Shown here in pieces: positions 37,201 to 48,200 of a DNA stretch of 64,000 bases; the first letter of the stretch is position 1, and each line of letters starts with the position of its first letter. The stretch comes from Catajapyx aquilonaris (taxonomy: Eukaryota). The stretch is taken from the NCBI GenBank assembly GCA_000934665.2, contig KZ538434.1:1-64000 (forward strand), written 5' to 3'. The notes beneath the pieces were generated by a model that saw nothing but the letters and a program-made list of their open reading frames with translations, was not told where the DNA came from and did no database searches. The position numbers were made by a program, and so were the translations under genes.

Positions 37201-38645
37201 ACCCACCTTATATAAAACCCACTAAAAAGTAAAAATCCACCTTGGCTTTTTCAGTTTTTCATCCTAATGTTGAAAATTTTTTAAATGTTCATTATTCATA
37301 CTGTTGAGTCTGTTGAACTGTTCCACTAAGTAACTGATATGTAAACGTAACTCATATGATAATGGATGATGATTGCGTCAGGAAATTGTCAGTTAAAATC
37401 ACCCATTAAACTATGTATAGTTAATTTTTCACATTTGCACAGCCATTGGTTCTTCCGAGTGGCGCATCATTTAATAGCATTCAAGATTTCAAGTGGACAT
37501 TATGCAGTGATAAAACGAAACATAAAATTCCCAGTAAAAACCCCAAAACCCCAATAAAACCCATGTGGGTTGGGGTTTAAAAAAACACAAATAAATGGGT
37601 TTTTTCCAACCCCTGAGTACAAGTGAAAAACAAGAGGAAGCATACCAGTGGCACTGGTTTCAGATAGATTAGCACCTTTGCCCCCCTTATTTTAGGTCGA
37701 TGAATTGTTTGGGAGAAAGTGTTCAGTAAAAATTATAATATTTTTATGCAAGAGAAAAAATTGTGTAGCAAATCAGTTTAAAATGCCATAAAGTATCACG
37801 CTAACATGACCAAGGCCTATAATAGCATTATGCCATTGTCAAAAACCCCTGGTGGGAAAAAAGCTTGCAAAAGAAATACTGCTGGCCATCCACTAACGCC
37901 TTGAAACTCCTGACTGTAGTAGGGTTGGCGCCACTGTGACCCAAAGTGACAAAGCAATCCAGATTAGCTTAAAGGAAGAGTTCAGTGATTTTGCATATTG
38001 GGGCTTCAAAGATCAAGGAAGATTCCCTGATTCCAAACAAGTGGTCAGTTTTTGGATATGAAACCACATAAGCAAATGCCATTAGGCCAAAGTTGCAATC
38101 CGCTATGGTAATATCGAGTAGCTAGCGCCGCCCATGGAGATCCCGATAACCTGCATGGACAAGTTTCCCAATGATGTTCAAAATCCTGGTCACCCCTGAT
38201 ACACGTGATGCAGCACTATGTGCAGTAACACAGAAATACAGTAAAACAATTATATGGCAACCACACCCAAGAATCTCAAGCTCCCTCACACAGAAAATTT
38301 TGAACTAGGCCTAATACAGTAAAACCAGGGAGGCGGAGTGGTGCTGCGGTAACGTATGAGCCCACGGATGTTAAGGTCCCGGGTTCGAACCCAACCTGGG
38401 GTTCCCCCTTTCATCTTGTGCAGTCGGGCCATCTCTGGCTTCATCTCGGGTGGAAAATTCCGCTAGACTAATCCACCCGGGGAGTTCACAAAATGACCAA
38501 TAAACGACATTGCACTTGCACTTTGCACATCCCCCCCCGACTTACCCTTGGAACAATTAAATATAAACATTATATATGGTTCCAAAATATTGGTGGTATT
38601 CCATCCCCTAAGAGCTAGGGCCCTAGCATGGGGTACAAAAAAAAT

Positions 38646-38709
<64 letters not shown>

Positions 38710-39828
38710 AGTAAAACCCTGATTATCTGACTCCTCAGATTATCCGACCATCCCGCTCCGGCAATAAATCTATGTTTTCTCATCAAATACTGTAATAGAG
38801 GCCTACTAAGCAGTTGTTTTGTATTGCCTTAGTTAAATTTTACGCAGCAGAGTGTTGTATGTATATAATAATAATAATAATAATTTGATACCCCATTATC
38901 AGCCTACGGGCTTTCCTAGGGGGGGATTTCTCCCAATTTTTTTGTCTGGAACTCTTCCATTTTTACTATTTTTCTCATCACCGGAATGAAGCAGGGAAAG
39001 GGAAGGAAGGAGGCGGCTGTGGCCTATATTACGGTAACGACCCCGGAATTATCCTGCAAGGACCATGGGAAACCACAGAAAACCATGGTCAGGGTCGCCG
39101 GCCTCCGGGATTCGAACCCAGGACCTCCCGATTAGCAGTCGGACACCATACCACTACACCACTACTGCTTCGGTGTGTTGTATGTATAAGATAAATACTT
39201 CACTATTTCTTAGAAAACAGTAATACTGTACATTATTTCACGATTTTATGTTTTTTGTTGTGTTTCATTAAAGCTTCCTTTGCTCCTCGGATTATCTGAC
39301 CATGCCCCATGAAAGAGCTATTCAAAACAATTGTAGTTAGAGTGTATACTCATCTGAATTCTGCTTTATAATTCTCACCTAAAGCTCCACTCATTGCATC
39401 AGGCTGTTCAGGTGCTTCCACATCCATAGCATCAGGTCGGGCAATATTCTTTTTGACCAAATGCATCACAGGGCCATACTGGGTCCATCCTTTGGCAGCT
39501 TTCCGAATTTTCTCTCTGTAATGACAATGTAGTTGACTTCCTCATAAAACGATTGGTTCAAAAATAACCTGGTGGCCTGGAGTTAAATATGCTTCAGCAC
39601 TGGGAATTTAAACTACAACTATCTCTTTTTTAATAAGTTACCCAATGTACCATAATGTTAGCATAATGTGAATTTCTTTCTCATTTTTACTATGCACAAC
39701 TTTGATTATAAAAATACTTACGCCTTCTCATCAATCATGGGCAAGTTCCCTTGGTCGGAGAGGAATGTGTCATGGGTCCTTTTTAATGACCGGAACACTA
39801 GTGTGTGGACAGAGTGCTTCTGAACATC
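34220..39828 (-). CDS. PLRG1: Pleiotropic regulator 1 (PLRG1/Prp46, Prp19/NTC WD40 subunit); spliced, first micro-exon with start codon not fixed
   Basis: Exons (minus): 39722-39828 ([20 protein letters not shown]), 39379-39515, 36641-37101 ([34 protein letters not shown]), 35153-35466 ([13 protein letters not shown]), 34220-34613 (…[23 protein letters not shown]). Phases are consistent and the motifs are essentially the known PLRG1 sequence. Confidence 0.97.
35787..36377. mobile_element. Tigger/pogo-type MITE in PLRG1 intron
   Basis: TA|CAGTAAAACTTCTATAAGTCGAA … TTCGACTTATAATAGAAGGTTTACTG|TA, with repeated aactcgaa motifs. Confidence 0.8.
38328..38708 (+). mobile_element. tRNA-derived SINE family A with (TAA)n tail
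   Basis: A box tggtgctgcgg, B box ggttcgaacc, TSD taatacagtaaaacc. Homologous to 41142-41560. Confidence 0.88.
38866..39173 (-). mobile_element. SINE family C copy
   Basis: Homologous to 33518-33796. B box GGTTCGAATCC, TSD gtgttgtatgtata. Confidence 0.88.
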
Positions 39829-40140
39829 CTGCAACACAAAAAAAAAGCAACATGTCTTAGATGGTCTAAACTCTAAACCTAATTTCAGCTCACAAGTTTA
39901 CATGACTTTGGACTTTGGTCATGATTCGCATTGGAAGGTCACGGTTTTTCGAGTTTATACTTACATGATGGGATAAAGACCACAGTTATGTTTTCTACTG
40001 GTTAAGATAATTATCATAAATGAATTTATGATGCCTAAAAAGCTAGAACTTTTCCTGCATGTTTGCTGGATTTACCTTTACATTAAAAATTGAGCATGAA
40101 AATGTGAAGGTATGAAAAAATTATCATGATATATGATAAT

Positions 40141-40805
40141 GGGGAACTAGCCTTGGTCTGGGATTTGGGATTTTTGTTCATAACTAGCTAGCCCATGCCT
40201 GTAAACATACATTCCATCACTCTGTTGCATCAAAATGACATTACTGGATAAATTACGGCCCATTTAAAAGTGCCTTCAAAATTGGCGGGAAAAACGCCGC
40301 TGCCAATCGAAAGGGTACACTGAAATGCCTGGTTGACTGCGAGATATGAGGAATTTGACTTTGAATTAACCGCGGACACGACGGAAAGCATTCGGAAGGT
40401 GGCTGTAGGCCATCGAGGTGGAGAAAAGGGGGCCTTCATGTGCCGAATTCGGGTGACAGATGATTCCTGCCAGTTGGCACCACTGCCAGCCCCTTAGCTG
40501 ATTGAGCGGCGTGAAGTAAAAACGCGCCCCGGCCGCTATCTTGCTCACGGAATGGGACGGTTGCTAACCACAGCGAAGCATTTTACAACAATGACGGGGC
40601 GCGTTCTATATCACCATTTTTGCGTTCATTTCACTTCGCGTGACGTCAACATTTTCTAGGGAAACAGTGACGTCACCATTTCCCTACATAAAAACCCCAA
40701 TTACTCCTGAACGGGAACTGATATCTTAAAACGGAATATGCCAAAAAAATCCAAAAAATATGGGCGAATTTATTATGTAGTTTCCAAAATGAAGGCTAGT
40801 TCCCC
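40141..40805. mobile_element. MITE with GGGGAACTAGCCTT TIRs inserted in a SINE tail
   Basis: GGGGAACTAGCCTT … AAGGCTAGTTCCCC. GC-rich interior with two TGACGTCA motifs (40641, 40668). Confidence 0.75.
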
Positions 40806-40810
40806 ATTAT

Positions 40811-41075
40811 AATAATAATAAATAATAATAATGGATACCCCGTGATAGGCCCCTTGGGCCTCTTAGGGGATCGTCTTTTCGTGAACCGTCTTTAATCATT
40901 GCCTGCGTGTGATGGATTTTGATTGCGGGAGGAAACGGGAGAAAACCCACGCGAACACGGAGAGAACCCATCGAAACTCTATCCACATAAGCATCCTTTG
41001 CGCGACCCGGGGATCGAACTCGGGACCTTAGAGGTGGAAGGCTGTGGCGCTAACCACTCCGCCACCGTGTCGCCC
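40811..41075 (-). mobile_element. tRNA-derived SINE family B (V-domain-like core)
   Basis: Head GGGCGACACGGTGGCGGAGTGGTTAGCG…GAGTTCGATCCCCGG. TSD tgatatatgataat (40127-40140 / 41076-41089). Near-identical to 46841-47097. Confidence 0.88.
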
Positions 41076-41141
41076 TGATATATGATAATTATCAACAGTA
41101 GCAATACACCATCTAGGATGATACCATAATAGACATGGAAA

Positions 41142-41465
41142 GGGAGACGGAGTGGCGCCGCGGTAACGCGCGCGCCCACGGAAGTTAAGGTCCCGGGTTC
41201 GATCCCCACCCGGGGTTCCCACCTTCTTTCGTGCAGAGTTGGGCCATCTCTGGCTTCGTTTCGGGTGGCAATTTCCGATAGACTAAGCCACCCGGGGGAG
41301 TTCACAAAATGACCAATTAACGACAGCGCACATGCACTTTGCACATCCCCTCCTAACGACCCGTGAAACACACTAAATACTTTCAGTATACTAGTTTTAC
41401 CACAGATGGTGGTAGCCCACCCCCCTAAAACGAGCCTCAGGCTCGAGCACGGGGTATCAATAAAA

Positions 41466-41497
<32 letters not shown>

Positions 41498-41508
41498 TAA
41501 AAAAAAAA

Positions 41509-41560
<52 letters not shown>
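41142..41560 (+). mobile_element. SINE family A copy with long (TAA)n tail
   Basis: A/B boxes and TSD ataatagacatggaa. The poly-Y/poly-L ORF 40979-41647 is only the antisense of the tail. Confidence 0.88.
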
Positions 41561-41563
<3 letters not shown>

Positions 41564-41878
41564 GACATGGAAAGTGTGGTCTAGCTCATTCAAAGTCAGT
41601 TGCCAACTAGCAGCAATAACTTTGTAGCTTGCATGCCAGACTAACAATTGTAAAAGGTGGGTTCAAGACTTCTCTGGAGATTGAAATATCAGGAGTAGGC
41701 AGCACCATAGGATGTATAGATGTACACCCATGCATTCATTAGCGCGGATAATCGAAAGTACAGTTTACAGTTTTTCCACATACCGGTACCGCTATTGCCC
41801 ACATAATACAGGGTGATCGAAAAAGAATGCGTGTATTTTGAAACCTTATAACTCGAAAACCTGTAGACATACATCTTA

Positions 41879-42043
41879 TAGGTGCGTTTACACGTGAGCG
41901 ATTTGACTAGTGAAGCTGAGCGAACTCTTCGCCGAGGCTGAAATTAACAATCGATTTTCGCCTCAAACAACATTTATTACTTGGGTTACTTACCGACAGC
42001 GAAGATTTCTCTTGTCAAATCGCTCACATGTAAAAGCACCTTA
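41879..42043. mobile_element. Harbinger-type MITE
   Basis: aggtgcgtttacacgtgagcgatttgac … gtcaaatcgctcacatgtaaaagcacct. Confidence 0.7.
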
Positions 42044-42559
42044 ATGATTTAAGTTTCGAAGTGCTAAGAAATGTCGAAAGTTTTGGTCTCACCTTAGTTT
42101 GTTTCAATATGAGCTTCATTTGTTGCTCAACATATAAAAAAGACACTATTCGGTCTCGAGCAAACCTGCTCAATCATATCTGGAGTTACCATTGCAATCC
42201 TATCCTGCACGTCAGGGGTTCTTATCCTTTTTGGGCCTCCGCACATCTTTGAAGACAGTTAGTCCTTGTCACCCCCCCCCCCCCCCCNCCCCCCCCCCCA
42301 TACCAGGGGTGATTGATTAAGTTTTAAGTACATAGTTAGACTAAGTCCAGAGGTGCACCTTACTCGCACCCCCACAGGGGAGCCTCCTCACACCCCAGGT
42401 TAAGAACCGCTGCTGTAGGTGATGGACATTATGGGTCTTTACACCACACACATTGTTCTTGATGATTCAAATAAAAAGTCGCCTCATCCATGAAACAAAC
42501 CTGCCTGCGCTAATGAAACCATTTGTTCAGCCTCCCAGTGACGAAGTCTTGAATGAGAA

Positions 42560-42840
42560 GTTTCCCTATGTCTAACCCCCCAGAAGCCCAGATCTTACCC
42601 CAAATGACTTTTTTGTGGAGATACATGTAAGGTGAAAAGATCCGGCATATTCAGCACCTACGGGATAGGATCACAATGGTGACTCCAGACATGTCTGACT
42701 TCGGGTTAGGCATGGCACCAATTACCGTATTTACATTTGCCGAGTGACAAATGAGGCCCATATCGATTATGGTAAGGACAAAACGTTAGACATTTCTTAG
42801 CGTTTTAAAACTGACACCATTCTTCTTCATCACTCTATAT
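42560..42840 (+). mobile_element. Decayed rosa/DD41D-like transposase 3' remnant
   Basis: Encodes PPRSPDLTPNDFF and YRIYICRVTNEAHID with frame breaks. A possible left end TACAGGGTG lies at ~41807. Confidence 0.55.
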
Positions 42841-42867
42841 GATAGCGTAAACATGCATTAAGGTATA

Positions 42868-42986
42868 TAGTCTGGTGACCCGGGGTAGCTTGCCCCCTGG
42901 GGTAACTGGTTGTTTACTGCTATCCTTTTACATTATGTTGCCATGGTGATTGCCCCCGGGATAGCTTACCCGGGGTCACCAGACTA
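42868..42986. repeat. Short hairpin MITE
   Basis: tagtctggtgaccc(c)ggg … cccggggtcaccagacta inverted termini. Confidence 0.7.
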
Positions 42987-45285
42987 GGGGCCTAAGACTT
43001 TTACATGCAGTAATATGAAAAAAACCACGTGATTAACTTTACGGCGGTGCGTCTGGCACCGTTCCCGTCGTATGAGGTATGCCTGTTGTCTTTCAAGCCC
43101 ATACCGGCACAACCTACCGGGACTCTAGCACCGGACCATGTCATACCCAGCAATAAAACTCACGCACATGGACGGGATATAAAGGCGGTGTGGTCCCAGT
43201 AACAGCCTTCCCACTAACCATCTTTTCCAACCGTGTACCGCACACCTCCTGCAGCAAAATGCTTAACTCCACATGCAGCGTAAACGTTTAGCTTCACAAA
43301 TCACAATGTGGACGCCATGACTCTACCTCCCGTGTCCGCTGTGGCCGTATGGCGCTGTCGGGTGTCCGGCTGCAACGTTGCCAATGCAACTTCAAAGGAA
43401 AATATCAGCAGAAGAAAGCACTGAAATACCAGTTTTTACCGGCACATTAAATTTGAATCAACCACGATATGTAAGTCATAAAATTTTATTGCTGACATTG
43501 TAGTGTAATGGAGGGCGGGATTTTCAAGACAGGGGCATAGCTGCAAGGCCTGCCCGCTACATGCAGTTGTGAGTAGCCTACCTTTAAAAAAGGCTGCAAG
43601 CTGTGGCTGCAAAGCAGTGGTTCTGCGGCCCACTTGTCCACTTCATGGTCGGAGTTTTTAAAATGGTCATGAGCCCTATATACCTATACACAGAATAGCG
43701 AGGTACCATGCTAGGAGGTCAGAAGGGAAGGAGCAAGGCCCATGCTTGGAGTGGTGGCCTTTCAAATACTGTAATTTCATATTTATCTTGAATTGTCTTC
43801 TGAGAGGATTTGCTACCACGAATTCCACAAATGAATGTAAAAAAACATTGTTTGGAGGTTAGAGCACTATGTGAGTGATCAACTGAGTGGCATTTAACTT
43901 TTCAACATTTATCCGTTCTGCTTTTGTAGCAGCAATTGAGTCCTAATGTTCTCATTGGTTGTTTGTCATTATTTATGTCAATATTTTAGAATTATAATTT
44001 TTTTCTCATTTCTTATTGAAAATGTTCAGAAAATGCAATAGGAACTGACATTGCATTACTCAATTCTTCTCCGGTCTCAGGAGGGTATACTAGCTCCGAT
44101 GCGCGTTCTTCGCATGGGAAAAAAAGGGTTCAGATTTATAGAGATCTTTCCAAGCATTGTTATTATTCAAGAACAACCCAGAATTTTTACATCCTTCCAT
44201 TGCCTGCATATGCAAGGGAATTTTACTTTTAATAATGCCCGATTGCCTGGAAAGATCTCTGCATAAATGTGAATGCTTTTTTTTTCCCCGTGCGAAGAAC
44301 GGGTATTGCAGTTAGTAACTTATGTCAAATGAAACCTTTCGAACACAATTATGATCACCAGTGCATATGTAGAAGAGTGCGTGATTAGCCAGTGCAGTGA
44401 TGTGGCGAGTCTTTTATAAATAATGTTCTAATGCCACGATAAATATAGCTCACAATCTGGCTTACCCTCACACAAAGGTAGTAATGCAATGCTAAGCAAG
44501 AGAAGATGACCTAGAAGATGATTCAAATGTGATAAGTAAATAATCAAATTAGCAATAATTTAAAGACAACATGTGAAGTACAACATCTGTTTGCATCTGC
44601 GGGACGGCGCGCGGCGTGGCGTCTCCAATATTTATCATTTACATGCAGCTCATTGGCCATTGTCTATTTTATATAACCATGTGAAATTGCAAGTGTGTGC
44701 ATGTGTATAATATATCTCCTCATGTGAGATGGCAAGGTGACTATCCCATTAAAGAAATATTTTGTTGTAATGTAATGTAATGCTGTAGACTATCCATATA
44801 AGTTACGCGTGATTGTTGAAAGTCACTGTCGCCATTGGGACGTTAGTACAGTAGGCACTTTGTTCTGATTCCGATATAGGCTAATACATCCTTATTGGTA
44901 ATAATAAAGAACTCCCCTAAATGTAGACACTTATCCTGGAAATAAACAATTGGACAGAATGACTTTAACGAGACGAGAATCAAAGGGCTACTTTGCTGGA
45001 AGAAAGATTTTCAAAATAGTCATTGAAGCACGGTGGAATCTTTAATTAAATTACATCGGGGAACATGAACTTCCGTTTCACAATAAAGTAATCCTTTTTA
45101 GGAACTTCAGTAAGTGATAATAAATTCCCCACGTGTAAATTAAACCCATCGTGAAAGGAACAGTTGTTTTTTTTAAAATAGATATATACACGCACATGAA
45201 ACACATGAAACCGACGCATCACTTGCTGCTCGTCGCAAAAGAAAATGCGTGCATAAAAACTCGCGATCTCCTATTATTTCCGCCA

Positions 45286-48200
45286 TCAGTTGGCGACACC
45301 CCGAATCTTATGGCGCTGGCGCTGGCTCCAGAAGATCCTATTGCTACTCCTCCAGTGCTGGCGCCTCCTACGAGTCCTGTTAGTGCTGAGGGGCCTCGAA
45401 ATGCAGTCAGTCCGGCTCCGGCTACCTTTCCCCAAGGTCCAGAAGCCATCGGGACACTTACGGCAACTGGGCCTACCAATGAATTGCAAATCAGGTCAGA
45501 GGTCAGAAATAATTAGGTACGTCGATTGTCTCACCTGCCATAGCGATGTTGGAATGAGCCCATAGGACATGGGAAGCACGTTGGGGAAGTCCTAGGGCGG
45601 TACATCCCCGGGGGACACGCCGCTGAAATTCCCAAATGAAGATGATGTATTTGAGTAAATATATTGTTTTGGAATGACTTACCGCATACAGGAGGATTGG
45701 CTGGGTGCTTTTCCCAACCCGGCATGCAACCAGTTGGCGAAACGGGCTGAACGGCTAATCACATAAAATTGAATACGAATTATGGTACCGGTAATACGAT
45801 ATGCTACATGCTCGCGTAAATGCATAAGATTTTTTTAAGAATCCCAAAAATATCATGCATATATAGACTACTTACGTGTACAGAGGGGGGGCGGCTTGTT
45901 GGGCGTCCAAAGCTTCCTTCGCCTTCCGCACATGTAATAGGCAGAGGGTAGGGGACGGTAGAAGGTGAATCCGGGCTTGCAGGCCAGCTTGCAGAGTCGC
46001 CCCCATACCCATGAGTAACAGGTGAAAGCGGCATGGGGTGGTGGGGTCAACGGTGGGCACGCGTCTGGCCCAGACTCCACTGCTTCTGCCGTCTGGCTAG
46101 CTGAGGCGGGCCAAACCGGTGGGGCAGCGGCTGCCCCGGAGGCTGCCCCAGAATCCTCAGACTGCTCTTCTAACGAATTTTTGCCCGATTTCGGCACCAC
46201 CTGCTCTGGTTCTGGTCGGCGTTTTGCTGACCCACACAAGAATTTTGGATTACGTATTTTGAGTGGAAGCCAATGGTCAGACAGGACGTGCTTATTGACA
46301 GTATTCAAAAGTGCAAGTTGTGCCCAGGTAAAATAACTGCTTTTGTATACGCTCATGATACATCCGCCATCTGAAATTACTTCTCCAAATGCAAAAATCA
46401 AATTGAAACAAATGCAGTTTTTTCACCACTAGTTAGCCTGATTAGAAACGGTGCAGTATGCAAGTGCAGAAGACAGACACGTGCCAGCCGCTCTCCCGCC
46501 AACCCAGGGGGCGACTTTGCTACTGAACTGAACCTATAAGGTCTACAAGAAATGCAGGGTGTTCCTGAACCAAGTACCTCATTTCATCAATGGCGACACC
46601 AACCTGGATGGAACAGACCCATGAGCGTAGCCCCCCNNNNNNNNNNCCCCCTAAACCTTAGGGAATTTCAGAGAATTTTCTGGAGATTTCAGGGAAATAC
46701 AAAGAAGAACATTTTTTTTTCAAATATTCAAAAAATCAAAAATTGTTATTAGGTATTTAAAAAACATTAGAAATCTTCCACGAAAGAGCCGGAATCCAAT
46801 GCAATGTGTTTCGCATTTTTATTCATTTCTGGTATTAATAATGGATACCCCGTGATAGGCCCCTTGGGCCTCTTAGGGGATCATCTTTTTGAATGACCGA
46901 CTTTAATCATTTGCCTGAAATGTGATGGATTTTGATTGCGGGAGGAAACGGGAGAACCCCGAGAAAACCCACGCGAACACGGAGAGAACCCATCGAAACT
47001 ATATCCACATAAGTATCCTCCGTCCGACCCGGGGATCGAACTCGGGACCTTAGAGGTGGAAGGCTGCGGCGCTAACCACTCGGCCACCGTGTCGCCCTTT
47101 CTGGTATTAATATTAATAATAATGTGACTTTTCTGAACAGTAGGATATAAGAATAAGAACTTGATAGTGTGAATAAAAAGCCAAAAAATTGTGGAAAAAG
47201 TAAATGTTATAGGAGAAAACCTAATTTCCCCCCGGAAAACCCCGGTTTTTCCCGGAAGTCAAAATTTCCTGCTGTTTTTACAACACTAAGCCAGATCAAG
47301 GAGCATATACTACATAAGAGGTGCAAACTTCGGTCGGCGCCTTTGATGTCCGCGTCTCTCTGTTTGGGGTCGTTGCCAAGGCTGGCGGCCATTTTGAAAC
47401 GGGGGCAACGCCAACGAGGTATAAAAAGGGTACAGGCAGGCCGTAAAGGTCGCCATCTTTGATGGTTTTGGCGGCCATGGCACTTCACGGCAAGAACACG
47501 CGCGAATAATATTTTTGCCGTATGAGCTCATTGCACTTTTTTACGTATTAATTCCGTAAGTACGGCAAAAATATTCGAATTCGCGCGTGTTCTTGCCGTG
47601 AAGTGCCATGGCCGCCAAAACCATCAAAGATGGCGGATCTTTACTGCCTGCCTGTACCCTTTTTATACCTCGTTGGCGTTTCAAAATGGCCGCCAGCCTT
47701 GGCAAGAGAGACGCGCGTATCTAATGTTTGCGCCTCTTATGTAGTATATGCTCCCTGGCCAGACCAAGAGCTCTTGGCCAGACAGAGGAGCCCCCCCCCC
47801 TCCCCCCCCCCAACATAAATCCTGGCTACGCCCATGAACAGACCTCTGAAGATCTGTGTGACCAGTGTGACCCAGTAGTGTCTTGATGTCGCAAAGGCAC
47901 TTACTTCATGCACATCGTCCTATACCCACGCGAGCAAATGATAGGACTGGGTGCTACTAAATGTTGACCATGTGTTTTACGACAATTCACTCATTGCTCC
48001 TACCCTTTGCTCACGTCAGTACTTTCACAGACAGATTGAAAAATAAGAAAGTGCAGGTTCACACTGAGTTCATCATCCGAAAAATAAGAAGGGACAGCGA
48101 ACATAACATGGTGCGTGTCATGCCACACTCACGCGTGACTGTGACTTTGAAGGCACATCGGACGGAGTTCTCTTCAGCATCGAACGCAACGTAGGTGACA

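Larger units (their letters stand above)
46620..47836. mobile_element. hAT-type MITE carrying a nested SINE B (46841-47097) and a palindromic element (~47298-47758)
   Basis: CATGAGCGTAGCC…GGCTACGCCCATG termini with 8-bp TSD AACAGACC (46612-46619 / 47837-47844). Contains an assembly gap at 46637-46646. Confidence 0.8.

Noticed and set aside
37646..37685. Possible extra PLRG1 exon ending ccactg|gtatgc
   Set aside because: The nearest acceptor gives 40 nt with an in-frame stop, and the flanking exons already join in phase.
38328..38400. tRNA-like sequences with A/B boxes (also ~41010, 41150, 47040, 63575)
   Set aside because: No full cloverleaf. They continue into SINE bodies with tails and TSDs.
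39960..39975. AT|gtaagt as a split start codon for PLRG1
   Set aside because: It would place the next exon out of frame.
40979..41647. 222-aa ORF with poly-Tyr/poly-Leu
   Set aside because: Antisense read-through of SINE A and its (TAA)n tail; not a gene.
42272..42299. Poly-C tracts containing N (also 46631-46650)
   Set aside because: Homopolymer-associated assembly gaps; lengths are unreliable.
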